From contig CM060732.1 in NCBI GenBank assembly GCA_030704615.1, positions 18,104,001 through 18,168,000 of the forward strand: DNA of 64,000 nucleotides. The letters run 5' to 3'. Position numbers and translations under genes: made by a program. The notes beneath the pieces are model-generated. The model was not told where the DNA came from, did no database searches, and saw only the letters and a program-made list of their open reading frames with translations. This stretch comes from Takakia lepidozioides (taxonomy: Eukaryota; Plantae; Bryophyta). This document shows, one piece after another, positions 51,131-64,000 of this stretch. Position 1 is the stretch's first letter; each line of letters opens with the position of its first letter.

Positions 51131-52189
51131 GGAATAGTTCAGCATTCAGAAATTCGACATGTTGAGGTGTCAAGTTATTTTACCACTAGTGTGAAACTAG
51201 CTAGGAAATAGCTAGCTTTTACATATTGATATTTGGGATTGGCCCAAGTGTCAATCCAGGGGTCAAGGCAGATTTAGGCCCTGGAGTGGTTATCTTCACG
51301 GCAAGCGCGGGAGGCTCATCTTTCTCGAGTTGAGCCTCACCGCGCCTAACTATGGCGCCGTAGTGTGGATTCCCCATGGCGTGGGGTGCACTTGGCTTGA
51401 CTTGTATTTGAGTGATGAGGTTATATATGCATGAATTTATGCTTCAGCTTTGTGAGCTCGTACTTGTATTCTTCTTCTTTATCACTCGAGAAAGATGAGC
51501 TCGTATCTGTGAGTGCCAGATACGAGTTATTTGTAGCACTTGTGGTTTTTGCTTGAAAATGAGAGAAACCAGGTTGTTATGCAAGGAGCACCGTGGAGCT
51601 CTTGGTTGTTAGAAGCGGAGGCGATGTGGATTACGAGGTGGTAGACCTTGGCATTCAATCTTCAGCTTCAGAGATGAAAGCACCATGCTGCAGGTAATTC
51701 GAGAGCACCTTGATGGTTTCAGATTGTGTACATGCATGAGCAAACACAATTGGGAAGAGGACCAGTCAATAGCAGGTTATAGTGGCTTTGGTGGCAAAGC
51801 TGAGAACTGGACTTGGGAATGCGAGCTTTCATTGTGTGAAGGATTGCAAGACCAAGCGAAAGGCTGATTTGGCTTGGGGCAAATCAGTGCACTTTGTGGA
51901 GTATGTTGAGATTGGGTTTCAATCTCGAGCTTCAGCATTGAGAGGGTTCTTGTCATGGCAAGAGCAGGGCTGGAACAGGAGCTAAGAGGTGCGACAAGGC
52001 CATGGAATGTGCACCTAGGGTTTCAGAGCTTGGAAGAAGAGCTCTTGCACCACAATAGGAGTGTCTTGTGGCTGGAAATGTAAGCCTTAGGGTTTCAGAA
52101 GCTTGGCAAAGGTTGTGGAGTGCTTAGTCTTGTCTTAGAGAGCATCAAGGAGCCAAGGAGCCAAGATAGGGGGCTGATACCTCTTGTGT

Positions 52190-52660
52190 GAAGGGGTTTG
52201 CATGTGTGGAGCATGTATTCAGCTCATTGAAGCTTCCATCTTCAAGCTTGGAGGGCAAGCAAGGAAGAGGGAAGGGCTGACTTCCCTTATATGAGGGCAA
52301 TGCATGTGTGGAGCATGCTTTCAACTTGTTGAAGGCTTGTACTTTCAGGTTTGGGAGTGCAAGAAAGGAAGGAAGGGCTGGTTTCCCTGTAGGGCATGTG
52401 TGGAGCATGCTTTCAACCCGTTGAAGCTTGTATTTTCAGGTTTGTTGGTGCAAGAAATGAAGCAAATGAGCTGATTCTCTTATGGTGAGAGTGGGGCATG
52501 TGTGGAGCATGCCTTCAGCCCATTGAGGCTCTTGTTTTCAAGCTTTAGAGAGCTAGAACGGAAAGGCTAGGGCTGGTTTCCACTTGGGGTGAAATAAAAG
52601 CACTTGTAGGGCATATGTGAGTTGGGGTTTCAACTTCAAGCTTGAAGGGAGCACAACTCT
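52190..52660. repeat. Degenerate tandem repeat of about 95-110 bp (GCATGTGTGGAGCATG core), probably retroelement LTR/UTR
   Basis: Core at about 52200, 52302, 52394, 52496 and 52609. Confidence 0.8.
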
Positions 52661-53029
52661 TGAAGCAGCAGGTGCAGGGGCTGGATTAGGTGCGAAGGGC
52701 ATGTTATGGTCAAGAAAAGCACGTGAATGAGTGCCTACAAGGGCTGGAAGTCAGCCATGTTTGGTTAGTCACCATAGGGATCAATGGTGTTGTTTTGTGA
52801 GTTAAAAGGAAGCCTATGCGCTTAGTTTCGGTTGCAAACATCTTCCTTAGGAATTAGAGCTACTATTGGTGGTGTGTGGGGGCCATAAAGAGCAAGAATA
52901 CCTTGCTGATTTCCTCACAGCCGCCATAGCTCGGTGCAAAGAAGCCTAGAGTCCAAGAGACACAAACCCTAGCTTGGCGTGCCTAAACCCCTTGGAGAAA
53001 TGGCTAAACTGCCATGAGTGGCCATGGAT

Positions 53030-53610
53030 GGGGCTGTGACAAGCTGTGCCCTGTGGCCTATAGGGCTGTGATGGGCTATGATGGACTGTGACTGGCTGTG
53101 TCCTGTGGCCTTTGGGGCTGTGACAGGCTGTGGCCTGTGGGGCTGTGACAGACTGTGGCATGTGGGGCTGTGACCCTGTGACTTGTGTAGGGCTGTGACA
53201 GGCTGTGCCATGTGTCCTGTGGGGCTGTGATGGACTGTGGCTTGTGGCCTTTGGGGTTGTGATAGGCTGTTGCCTGTGGGGCTGTGACCCTATGACCTAT
53301 GTAGGGCTGTGTCAGGCTGTGCCATGTGGCCTGTGCGGCTGTGACGGACTGTGTCAGGCTGTGGCGGGCTGTGACAAGCTGTGGCCTGTGGGGCTATGAT
53401 CCTGCAACATGTGTAGGGCTGTGACAGGCTGTGAAATGTGGTCTTTGGGGCTGTGAGGGGCTCTGCCATGGGGGTTGTGATGGGCTGTGACAAGCTGTGG
53501 CCTGTGGGGCTGTGATCCTGTGACCTGTGTAGGGCTGTGACAGGCTGTGATCCGTGGCCTTTGGGGCTGTGATGGGCTCTAGGGCTGTGGCATGTGTGGG
53601 GCTGTGACGG
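53030..53610 (-). repeat. GGCTGTGAC microrepeat tract (reverse complement of the CACAGCC tracts)
   Basis: Dozens of ggctgtg units. Confidence 0.9.
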
Positions 53611-54289
53611 CTGACCCTCAAATCCGAGGATCCCTCCGGCACTACACCTCCCACTATCTCCGCAGAAGATGAAATAACCTCCCCACTCTCACGGAGTGTA
53701 GCTGCCAGCCTGAACACCTCAGCTGGTCTTACCCCCGGCATCGCAATCATGGTAGTCGAGAACAATGGAGCCTGGCACACAGATGTGGCCGCCCCCAACA
53801 GCACACTAGCTGCCGTAGCCTTGGCAACACTAGGTAGTGGTGTTGCTCGTGTAGCTCTCCCCAATGGCATAGTAACCTCCGCCTCGGTAACAGTCGGGCG
53901 AGAACTAGGTGCCATGGATGACGTCGACACTGTCTCTGCCAATGTGAATGATTGAGGTAGCCTAGCCTAACGGCTTGCCTCCCCACGCTGTGGATCCAAC
54001 TCCACCTCCGCATCTCGTGGCTCAGGAACTCGTGCTGCTCCTCGGGTCACTGCCACCGCCAACTCCACTTACACTAGTGGTAGTGCTGCCCCATACATGA
54101 ATCCCATGCCTCCCATGTCTCCTCCCTCAGGAGCAAGAGGTGGACCATCCGGCCTTGGAGCCAGTACCACCTGAGCATGCCAGTCCTTAGGCAGTCCACC
54201 AGTGCCTCCACGAGTCAGCACAGGCCGTCCACAGGTCAACACGGGCCACCACAGACCAGCACAGGCCCACACAGATCACTGGAGACTGC

Positions 54290-55380
54290 CATGGCGGCGT
54301 CATGGCAAGCTGCAGCTGCCAGGTTGGCGGAGCTGCCAATTAGGCCAGCTATTGAGCGCGCCATGGTGACACCTGGAGTTGTCATATTAGACAACCAGGA
54401 TGGCATTTTCTATTTGAGTGGACCGGCAGACAAGAGGTACCGGCCACTACGGGTCTTGTTGTCCAGACTCGGGAGCTCAGCCATTGATGCTGGGCAGAGC
54501 TGCTATTGCAGGCTTGGGCCTCACGGAGGCGGATATGGAGCCTTGTCCTTTCCAGATACAGACGTCTCTGGGAGGATCGGAACAGGCTCGGGGCATGACA
54601 CGGCGTGAGTTGGCTATCAGACTACGGCCGGATCACCCTACAAATGGCTCAGTGATGCGAGCCAAGACCATTGTGACAGACGCGGTCTCATACGATGTCC
54701 TGGTTGGTGGGGCAGTGTTGTACCCCATGGGCTTCACCCTGGATTTTTGGGAGGAGTCAGCTTCCTATAGGCCTGGATGGCAGTCAGGGGAGGGCCGGCG
54801 TGTGCAGCTCCCTGTGACGTTCATAGGAGGAGTTGCGGATGCCCAGCGAGGCAAGATGTCGATACTAGCAACATTCACAGCTGCAGTGACTTGGCCTGGA
54901 GAGTTGTTTGAGGGCAACGCTCATTCAGAGGATGTGTCACCTCTGGGAGAGCAGGATGACATGTATGGTATGGCGGAGTTGTCTGCCATGGTTGCTCAGA
55001 CTCCATTGTGGGGCACGAGCAAGGATTTGCAGCAGGTTGCTGATCGACGGATGCAACAAGCCTGGGTGGAGGCTTTTGTACCATCAAGAGAGGAGGAGAG
55101 TGCGGGGATTGCACCAAGACCACCTCAGTTGTCTCCATTGGACACCACACCTATTGTGTGGCAGTATCCGGATGAAAGCATTTGTCTTCTAGACTTGTTT
55201 GGCGGGATCAGCACCGGATTGGCTGCTGTGTTACAGGTAGGTGTACGAGTTCGGCGTTACCTGTATGTGGAGAGGGATGAGACTGCACGACGCGTTTCAC
55301 TTCGCCATGTTGCTCAGTTGATGCAATAGTACCCTGAGTTGTTGTCGGTGTCTGCAGTTCGTGGATATCAGCAGGCCTTG
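54290..55380 (+). pseudogene. Retroelement polyprotein fragment: aspartic protease followed in frame by a DNMT3-like C5-cytosine methyltransferase N-terminus
   Basis: RVLL(+4 nt)DSGAQPLMLG...YDVLVG (retropepsin), then ICLLDLFGGISTGLAAVLQVGVRVRRYLYVERD (C5-MTase motifs I-II); truncated by element C. Confidence 0.8.
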
Positions 55381-57062
55381 CCAGGAGGTTTACTATTTCA
55401 TGAGCAGAAACCATGAGCCATGAGCCATGAGCCGCATGAGCCGCATGAGCGGTGAGCCGAAGTCTAAGATACGCGGATTTCATGAGCGGACTCCTCAAAA
55501 TTTGGAAATGCGGCAGATTAAACAAGTATTAAAATAATAGTTTTTATTTGACCTTGCCGTTTTTGGACGTTCCAGATCATGTAATGCGGCGAAGATATGT
55601 CGTCAATAACAAGTCCGCTCATGGTTTTTTAGATCCGCTCATGGAAATAAGTGACCGTGCAACGAGAAATCCAGTATACCACTGCAAAAGGACGTCGCAT
55701 ACTGGCCTGTATAGAGTATTCCGCGGTTTTACATGCCTTAACATTGGAATGAAGCTGACCGTTTTGCCGCGATTGAACCAATGGAGTCTGCACCAATACA
55801 GTCTGGAGTACTTCACAATTCTGTCTTCTTCGGGTATTCGGCGGGAAAGGTTTGCAACTGAACTGGGAAATAGGGTGCCGCATTAGGGTTCGCACGTGCG
55901 AAATTTCGGAGCGGTTTGGTGTTGGCGAAGGCCGCCTCTGGGGGTACCTACGACGATACTTGGAAATGCGGCGCCGCATTTCCTTGTCGGAGGTCGAATG
56001 AGGAAAGCAAGTTTTCGGAAAGCAGAAAAACATGAACCCTCCAACATACAAAAATACATGCACGTGGAAACAAGTGAACGATATAGTAATATCTTAGTTC
56101 GAGCAAAACAGGTTACTGGTAGGCAAGACATATGTCGGACCTTTGTGTGGCCAGAGTCTGAGGTACTGGCAGCAGTACAGTTCTACTATCCGAAAAGGAT
56201 GGGCGTACCATTGTATGTGGACCGCAAGCCAAGCTCACCGGTCCCCTGGATCCATATTCAGAAGAGTGTGAACCTCCTGGGGGCTCAACCCTGGTGCATG
56301 TATGAAGTGATGAGTTGTGGAATTACAACGGAGTCTCTTTAGGTACACGTAGTACAAATGCTTGCAAGGGCAGTATGATGCCCCCTTGTTCGCCATGATC
56401 TGGAAGTCGGTGCAATTGCAGGTGGGTAATTCTGAAATGGTGATGGTGTACACCTCATTGCGAATAGCTGAGCCCGCCGTGGCCATCTGATACACACGCC
56501 CGAATCCTGGTGGGGGCACTTCTGTCGAGCTCTGGATTGTACAGTTCATCCGAAGTGCATTCCCCATCCTTGTCTCGTTCACTTTTGAGGGAGGTCGCCG
56601 CCTCTTCGGTTTCCCCCAACGGTGTGTAGGATGCTTAGAGCTGTCGTGTCCCATTGTTCTTGCTCTCACAGGGGTCGGTGGTGGAGGCTGTGGAAGCGGA
56701 AATGGTTCTCTGGAGACGTCAGTGCGCTGCACCATCCGAAATCCTGCGGCGGTAAGGGCGTCGGCCTCAACCTGACTCAGATCGCAGCCTGGTTCCACCG
56801 GCCACACCGGGGGAGCCTCTGGCATTGTTTGTATGCCGTACTTGGGCTTTCCATACACGCAAGTCATAATGTCGTGCCTGCAGAACCAGAACTGGGTGGT
56901 TGTCGCCTCCGCAAACTTTGCATGGACAAATCTTCCTGTAAAAGTAGGAGCAGGGACAGCCCCATCTGGATTCCTTCTTATCATCTCTAAACAACATTGT
57001 CGTGTATCCACACGAATTGCGGAACACCTTCCTCGAAACGACGGCTTTGTGCTTAATTGCAA
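55381..57062 (-). mobile_element. GCM-MULE element C: terminus plus transposase C-terminal fragment (56235-57060)
   Basis: Terminus with CATGAGC repeats; palindrome GGAAATGCGGCGCCGCATTTCC near 55962; protein highly similar to residues of 45450-46877 including SWIM CNCTDF...PCKH. Confidence 0.88.
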
Positions 57063-59341
57063 TTGAAACAACAAGCCATACATGTCTTAAGCATTTGCCT
57101 GTTGACATAATGATTCCTCATTTTTTGTTGATATGGGTCAAGCCTTACATAATCCAGTTCTTGAGCCATTCATCTTCCTAAAAAGACATCCTATGTTGGC
57201 TTGAAACCGATCTATCAGTGCCAAGACACATGCAAGATTCATATAGTAGAAACGGGGCTGAGTTTTTTCAGGCATATGCAGGCCTGGATTGGTATTCCGG
57301 GGCCTCATAAACAACTCTGCCAGGGTAAAAAATAAATAACTCAGAATTCCAGGACAATCATATCATGAAAGCACCATGGTTTAATAAAAAATTCCCCTAT
57401 ACTTGCAGATTGTACCTTCATTTTAGAAACCAGATTGCAGGTCTGGAGATAATCTCCAGAACCAAGCCCTTCAAGCAACAAGTGTCTTTCTTGCTTAGTT
57501 TTATCTAAGTAAGAATATCTCTACACCTAGCAAGGTGTATCATGACCAGGTTTAGGCCATGAAAGAGTATTTAAAACTGTCATGCTAGGCTACTTGCTGG
57601 ACCATAAAGGTTACTGTTTTAGAATCCAATTTTTGAATAAGTCGCCTTCCTAAAAAAACAGCCAGCCTGAAGGTATCATAGCATTGCAAATGAATGAGCA
57701 AGCATTACATGCAATGACATGGCTTATTTGAGTCTCTGTAAGGAGCTGCAGGTCTGGAATGGAATTCCAGAACTTCATGATCAAAACTCTGCCAGGGTAG
57801 AAGGTTAGAAGCACACAACACCTACCAGCAAGCAGGTCTTGAAAATCAAAATTATGATGGGGCCAGGTCTGAAGGTGCTTCAGTGCCAAGTCATAGGCAA
57901 GACTTCTAACAACACAAAACACAGGGCTGAGTACCCTCAAGCAGATATGGGCCTGGAGTGGAATTCCAGGGCCTCATAAAAAGTTCTGCCAGTTAAAGAA
58001 AGGAACTCAGAAACCCATGTCCCCTATCATGCAATGAAATCACGGTGATATGAGAGCCTTGAAGAATGTTTGTTATCAGACAAGGTCTATCTTCTGATCC
58101 ATCAAAGCCAGGCCATGATGTTTCATTTCAGAGCCTAGTTTCCATGCAGCCAGAGTTATAGCTGCAGCCCTATACCTTTGTTGAAAACAGCCAAAGCCTT
58201 CAGTAGAGATTTTGTTTTCTATGAAGTCCCTTGTGTGTCTTAACTCCAAAACATGTAGAAGTGGTCATCAAGAACCAAAAGCAAGGGTAAGGAGTAAGAA
58301 GGTGATCCTCATTAGAGCCGACTTGAAGCCGTTTTGAGGTAGCAAGGTGGCAGATTTGAAACAACAACTGGCATCAGCAGCTTCAGGCGGTAGCAGCAAT
58401 CCCTTATGCAAGAATCAGACTCTGCAAGCTTCAAGAATTCAAGACAAGTGAAGACCCTCACCTGTGCCCGTCCCAAAAACCACCACATAAAGATGTGTGT
58501 TAGTGAGGATGCATCAAGTGAGTGGCAGGTCTTCACAGTTGCTATCCATGTCAATGCTGAATTCTAAAGCATGTACAGATCACAATTCAAGCAAGGGTAA
58601 CCTCAAAAGACCTTGAGTGTTTGCGGAATGCCCTGCGCCATGGCGTCCAACAGATCGTCTCCAACAAAACACAATCACAGTAGAAGGGTTCACAGATAGA
58701 GAAGAGCTCATACAAAGTGAAAGGGCCATATGTAATCTGTAGATAAATAGGGGTAGAGTACTTCCCAACGAGGAGTAAAAGCGCCGCTGCAATTAAAAAG
58801 AACCATGAGGGTCTGAGCAAAGCAATCATCGCTTTGTCACCTGCCAGAGAAGAATCTGCATAACCGCCAATGCGCATCCCAAGAGCCAACCATCACGGGT
58901 ACCATGCAGCAGTTGGGGAGCAGATTTACACGGCGCATCATCAAGGATCCCTGAAGCACGAGCTCTGTGCTGTGAAAAGTGTCGACCTGCTTAGGGCACA
59001 GATCCCCGATTTCTCATCCAGGGGGGATGAAAAGTCGCATTCTAGCAGGAGATGCACTTGTCAATGGATGACATCCATCAAAAAGATAACTTTTAGGGTT
59101 AGGGTATAGGCTCAAGTTTAATAACTGCCATCATTTATAATAAATGATGGTAAAATTACTCTCTCCAGGATTATAATAGGTCACCATCATTCATGGAATT
59201 CATCCCGTTTGGATGAAAAAGGAGAAAACAAATGATAAACCAAGATTTATGCACAGTAAGGGTCATCATCCTAATAATTTCATCCAGATTTGGATGAGAA
59301 AGGAGATTAGGATGAAAAACCAAAATCCGCTGCTCAGTCAC

Positions 59342-59700
59342 TCCCCCCCCCACATTCTCTGTTTTTCTTTGTTGCCCCCTCTCTTGGGGAAACAAAAGGG
59401 ACAGATCCTACCTCTGTCAGGGGCTGACGTTGGTAGTAAGACTTACCTTCACATATAGAATTAATCCGGATTTTCTAGATATCCTCTACAAATCCCTTCA
59501 CACAAGCATCAATCTGTTGTGTGTGAGTTGCCCAAAAACTAGGCCTCAGAAGGGGCTGGGCTTTTGGCTCAGCCTCGACTTTTTCAAAGTTAGTAAACAG
59601 AGGTACATGCACAATTCCCTTGATAGATTTGAAGAGAGCATCTCTTTGGTGAGAGAACCTCGGACAGTGTATCAGAAAATGAATAATGTCTTCAGGTTGC
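59342..59700 (-). pseudogene. LINE ORF2 3' fragment (shorter copy)
   Basis: CGQPEDIIHFLIHCP...RDALF, duplicate of 62011-62364. Confidence 0.65.
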
Positions 59701-61329
59701 CCACATACATGGTTGGACACTACAGCCTCTAAGTCAGATTTATCCAGCAGGGTGAAGACTTGCGGTTCCAGGTCCAGGTCCTTGAGAATCTCTTCTACTG
59801 TCTTCTACCAGGACTTAGCCTGTTTGACAGGTCGGTGGGCGGTCCTGTTTCCAAGATATAGAGTCGATTAACTTAAGATATCTGGCGTTGGACATATATT
59901 GCAGCTGAACCCACCATCTGACCTTGAATTTATCTCGTCGGGAGCTTAAAAGAGAGCAGCACAGAAGAGAGCGAAGATATACATGTCATGTCAAGACATG
60001 GACAAGACCGCTGAGGTCATTGTCATTGAAAGACAAAACAGCCCTTTACAGGGCACCATCTAACATTCCCTTTCATGTTTACAATCTCATTTGAATACCC
60101 CATATCATTTCAGGGTCTCTGAAAAAACAGGGCGGGAGGGTGGGATCCCAGGTCATTCATATCATGAAAACACCATAGTATGCATCATCATCTCAAAAAT
60201 TCATTTCAAACTCATTTCAAAAACCAGATTGTAGGTTTGGTTTGAAGATGATGTTTTAGAACCAAGATATAAGCAAGATTCTTAAAAAGGAAGAAGAAAC
60301 AGCAGGGTAGATCCCCCTTAAGTAGGTATAGGCATGGAATGGTATTTTAAGGCCTCATAAAATAGTTCTGCCAAGGTGAAAGAGCAGCTCAGAAACCCCT
60401 ATTTGTTATCAAGCCATGAAACCAAAATGATATGAGGGCCTTGAAGAATGTGTGTTATCTGTCAAAGCCTATCCTTTTGATCCATCAGAGTCATACCAAG
60501 AAGTTTCATTTCAGAGCCAGGTATCAAAGCAGTCAGAGTAATAACTGCTATTTTGTATCCTTGTACCCTTCATAGCTTAACTCCTACACATGCAAATGTG
60601 GTTGTAAAAAACCATAAACAGGGGTAAGGAGAGAAGCAGATCCTCATTGGAGCCATCTTGAAGCAGGTCTGAAGCGGCATGGTGGCAGTTTGAAACATCA
60701 GATGGCATCAGCAGCATAGGCAGCAGCAGAATCCACATTTGCAAGAACAGGAGCTGCAAGCTTTCAAGAAATCAAGACAAGTGAAGACCCTCACCTGTGC
60801 CCGTCCCAAAAACCACCACATAGCGATGTGTGTTAGTGAGGATGCAGCAGGTAAATGGCAGGTCTTCACAGTTGCTATCCATACATGTCAGTGTTGAATT
60901 CTAAAGCAAGTACAGATCACAATTCAAGCAAGGGTAAACTCAAAAAAACCTTGAGTGTTTGTGGTATGCCCTGCGCCATGGCGTCCAACAGATCGTCTCC
61001 AACAGAACGCAATCAGAGTAGAAGCGTTCACAGATAGAGAATGGCTCATACATAAAGAGAGAGCAACATGTAATCTGTAGATAAATAGGGATAGAGTACT
61101 TCCCAACAAGGAGTAAAAGCGTCGCTGCAAAATAAAGAACCATGAGTTTCTGATCAAAGCGATCACCGCTTTGTCGTCTGCCAGAGAAGAATCTGTTTAA
61201 CCACCAATGCGCATCCCAAGAGCCAGCCATCACGAGTACCATGCAGCAGTAGGGGAGCAGGTTTATACGGCGCATCATCAAGGTTCACTGAAGCACGAGT
61301 TCAGTGCTGTGAAGTGTGTCGGCCTGCTT

Positions 61330-63241
61330 AGGGCAAAACTTCCCGATTTTTCATCCAGGGTGGATGAAAAATCACATTTTACCAAGAGAGGCACTTTGTC
61401 AATGGATGACATCCCATAGAAATGTATCTTTTAGGGTTATGGTATAGGCTTAGGTTTAATAACTGCCATCATTTATGATGGTAGTTTTATTATTCTCTTG
61501 GATTTAAAAATAGGTAACCATTATTTATGTAGATCATCCAGTTTAGATGAAAGAAATAGATGGTAAATCCAGCTTTCTGTACATTAAGTTTCATCACCCT
61601 ATAATAAAATCATCCAGATTTGGATGAAAAAGGCTGGGATGAAAAACTAAATAACCTCAAAAAGTTAAGGCCAGATGAAATCCAAAGATTTATAGATGGA
61701 GAGGGAGAGAGGGAGAGAGGGAGAGAGAGGGAGACATCAGGGGGCAACAAAGAAAAGAGAAGAAGGTGGGGGGGGGGGGGGGAGTGACTGAGCAGCTGCT
61801 GCTGCTCAGTCACTCCCCCCCCCACATTCTCTGTTTTTCTTTGTTGCCCCCTCTCTTGGGGAAACAAAAGGGACAGATCCTACCTCTATCAGGGGCTGAC
61901 GTTGGTAGTAAGACTTACCTTCACATATAGAATTAATCCGGGTTTTCCAGATATCCTCTACAAATCCCTTCACACTAGCATCAATCTGCTGTGTGTGAGA
62001 TGCCCAAAAACTAGGGAAGGGGCTGGGCTTTTGGCTCAGCCTCGACTTTTTCAAAGTTAGTAAACAGAGGTACATGCACAATTCCCTTGATAGATTTGAA
62101 GAGAGCGTCTCTTTGGTGAGAGAACCCCGGACAGTGTATCAGAAAATGAGTACTGTCTTCAGATTGCCCACACAACGGGCAATTGCACTCTTCCTTTCCT
62201 CTCTGCTTCTGTTTGTTGTTCAAAGGTAGGCTTCCTGCCCTGAGTTTAAATTTCAGTCTAGTGCCGAGAGTGGGTAGACCCTTGAGGTCATCGAAGATGT
62301 CCTCCCCCATGTCACTGACTGGAAACAAGTTCAGGGAAGTTTTTTTGCCTAACTTCATTTTCATCAGACAATCTCATGGCAACAGACATGGTTGGACACT
62401 ACAGTCTCTAAGTCAGATTTATCCAGCAGGGTGAAGACTTGTGGTTCCAGGTCCAGGTCCTTGAGAATCTCTTCTATTGTCTTCTACCAGGACTTAGCCT
62501 GTTTGACAGGTCGGTGGGCGGTCCTGTCTCCAAGATATAGAGTCGATTAACTTAGGATATCTGGTGTTGGACATATGATGCAGCTGACCCCACCATCTGA
62601 CCTCCCCCCCCCCAACCAATTTTTTTTCTTTGTTGCCCCCTCTCTCCCTCTGTCTCCCTCTCTACTGGGAATTGGCAGTTTGCTATCAATGTGGATTTTT
62701 TGTTCCTCTATCAAGCTTTTTCATCCATACCAGATGAGCCACCAGGATGGACACTGAATTACCTCTAGGATGGTTCTTTTGGCCTTTTCATTCCTCCTCT
62801 ATTGACTCTCATCCATACCGGATGAGTCACCATGGAAGAAAAGAATTACCTCTATGGAGGTTGCCAACAACATCCTGTTTTTCCATCCGTACCGGATGAA
62901 AAACTACCAGGGTGATAATTTTTCATTCCTCTTTTATTGACTCTTGTTATCCATACCAGATGGTCTGGAAAGGAATGATAGAATTACCTAGATGGAGGTA
63001 AGGCGTTGCCACAGATGATATTCCCTACTTTTTCATCCTGACACATGTAAGGTGTCTATGGGTGATGTGATTATGACCTGGAATTGATCTTTACTACCCC
63101 TAACTATGATTAATTACGGTGGAAATCCTAACCCCTACCCCAAAACCTATTTTTAACCTTGTTACGGATGAAATCCGTCAGGGTTTATGGACTCGTCCTA
63201 CTATTTTTCATCCGCGGATGAAAAATCGGGGGACAACCCTA
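61330..63241. mobile_element. Non-autonomous TIR element with CCCGATTTTTCATCC inverted ends and TCATCC/GGATGA subterminal repeats
   Basis: CCCGATTTTTCATCC at 61342 and GGATGAAAAATCGGG ending at 63230; another left end near 59004; no TSD found. Confidence 0.55.
61812..62364 (-). pseudogene. LINE ORF2 C-terminal CCHC zinc-finger fragment plus 3' UTR
   Basis: RLKFKLRAGSLPL...CPLCGQSEDSTHFLIHCP, a typical non-LTR ORF2 C-terminus. Confidence 0.75.
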
Positions 63242-64000
63242 TGTTGTCTCCCCCGCTGTCAGAAGCACGCGATGTGCTTTTGAGCTCGTGAGGAGAATGT
63301 TATGGCGGGCATGGTTCGGTGGCTGCCCTGTTTGTGGTGTCGTACCCATGCTGGACGAGCGCCTGGGGGGGCGCGAAGGCGGCGCCTTGTCTCTCTTGCA
63401 GCGGGAAACACCGCTATGAAAGCAGTGGCATCTTCCCTCCTCTGGCTTTTTCTGTGCTTAGCATGGATGCTTATGATGGGAAGTTCTCTCCCTCTTTTCT
63501 AGTGCCTTGCGTTTGTGCCTGCTTTGCTTCATTGCTTATGTGGTTTGTGGAGGCGGCTTGCTGCGGGTGGTGATGGCGCATAACCCTCTTCCCCAATCGC
63601 TTAAGGTGCCTTTGGAGTTTAGGGATTCTCATTTTTTTATCTCTTTCTCTTGCTTTTGAGTTTCTTAGTTGACATCGATGACAAGTGTGAGGGTCTGTGA
63701 TTCACCTGGGGCTCCACAATCCTCACTAACTTGTTGGTTTTTGTAGGTGAGGATCCTCACCTACTTTGAAGTTTCTTGAGCATGCAGATTGGGATATGGG
63801 CTGAGGAGACCTAGGGTTGTGCGCGCTGTGAGGTGGCTGCTGGCTACAGCCCCGATTTCAACACAACTGCCTTTGACTTGATATGCTCCAGCCTGCGTTC
63901 TGGCCTTTGTCGTTTGTAAGTTATTTTGGCCAAAGAGGATCTGGTTTTTGGTGGTAAGTTTTTGGCGGTTTTGGGTAACTATGGATCTGATGGCCTTGAA

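Larger units (their letters stand above)
57350..62600. repeat. Diverged tandem duplication (about 57350-59925 versus 60150-62600)
   Basis: Long shared blocks, e.g. 58430-59150 with 60770-61470 and 59335-59925 with 61805-62600. Confidence 0.85.

Noticed and set aside
52946-53942. S/T/P/Q/H-rich mucin-like ORFs (also 389-961)
   Set aside because: Translations of the CACAGCC microrepeat
58580-58889. Hydrophobic membrane-protein-like ORFs (also 60940-61281)
   Set aside because: They lie in duplicated repeat arms, frames are not conserved between the copies, and no motif is recognisable

Overview
Eukaryotic, almost wholly transposon-derived DNA. It has GT-AG introns and many CG/CHG-type C>T stop mutations, and the TE families suggest a seed-free land plant (inference). 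No intact host gene, rRNA, tRNA or CRISPR array was seen. From left to right: (1) the 3' part of a non-chromoviral Ty3/gypsy element with a long extra ORF and 3' LTR, nested into the gag of a chromoviral Ty3/gypsy (gag-PR-RT-RH-IN-chromodomain); (2) a Mutator/SWIM element carrying a Ulp1 protease, with an internal inversion; (3) two inverted solo LTRs of one family, one disrupting a trehalose-6-phosphate phosphatase remnant; (4) three copies (A, B, C) of a Mutator-like DNA transposon whose transposase has a GCM-type Zn domain, DDE core and SWIM finger, with copy B an intact spliced ORF of about 1170 aa. Elements A and B each carry a divergently transcribed, intron-containing ParB/Srx-like gene, which in A continues into a beta-class amino (N4-C/N6-A) DNA methyltransferase-like domain. 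The two genes are separated by arrays of element-specific 18-22 bp palindromes sharing a CGGCGCCG core. This transposase + ParB-MTase + palindrome-array unit is the best candidate for an undescribed system. (5) A retroelement polyprotein in which an aspartic protease is followed in frame by a DNMT3-like cytosine methyltransferase N-terminus; (6) a duplicated, foldback-like repeat region with LINE 3' fragments. All domain calls are motif recognition by eye; no database searches were run.
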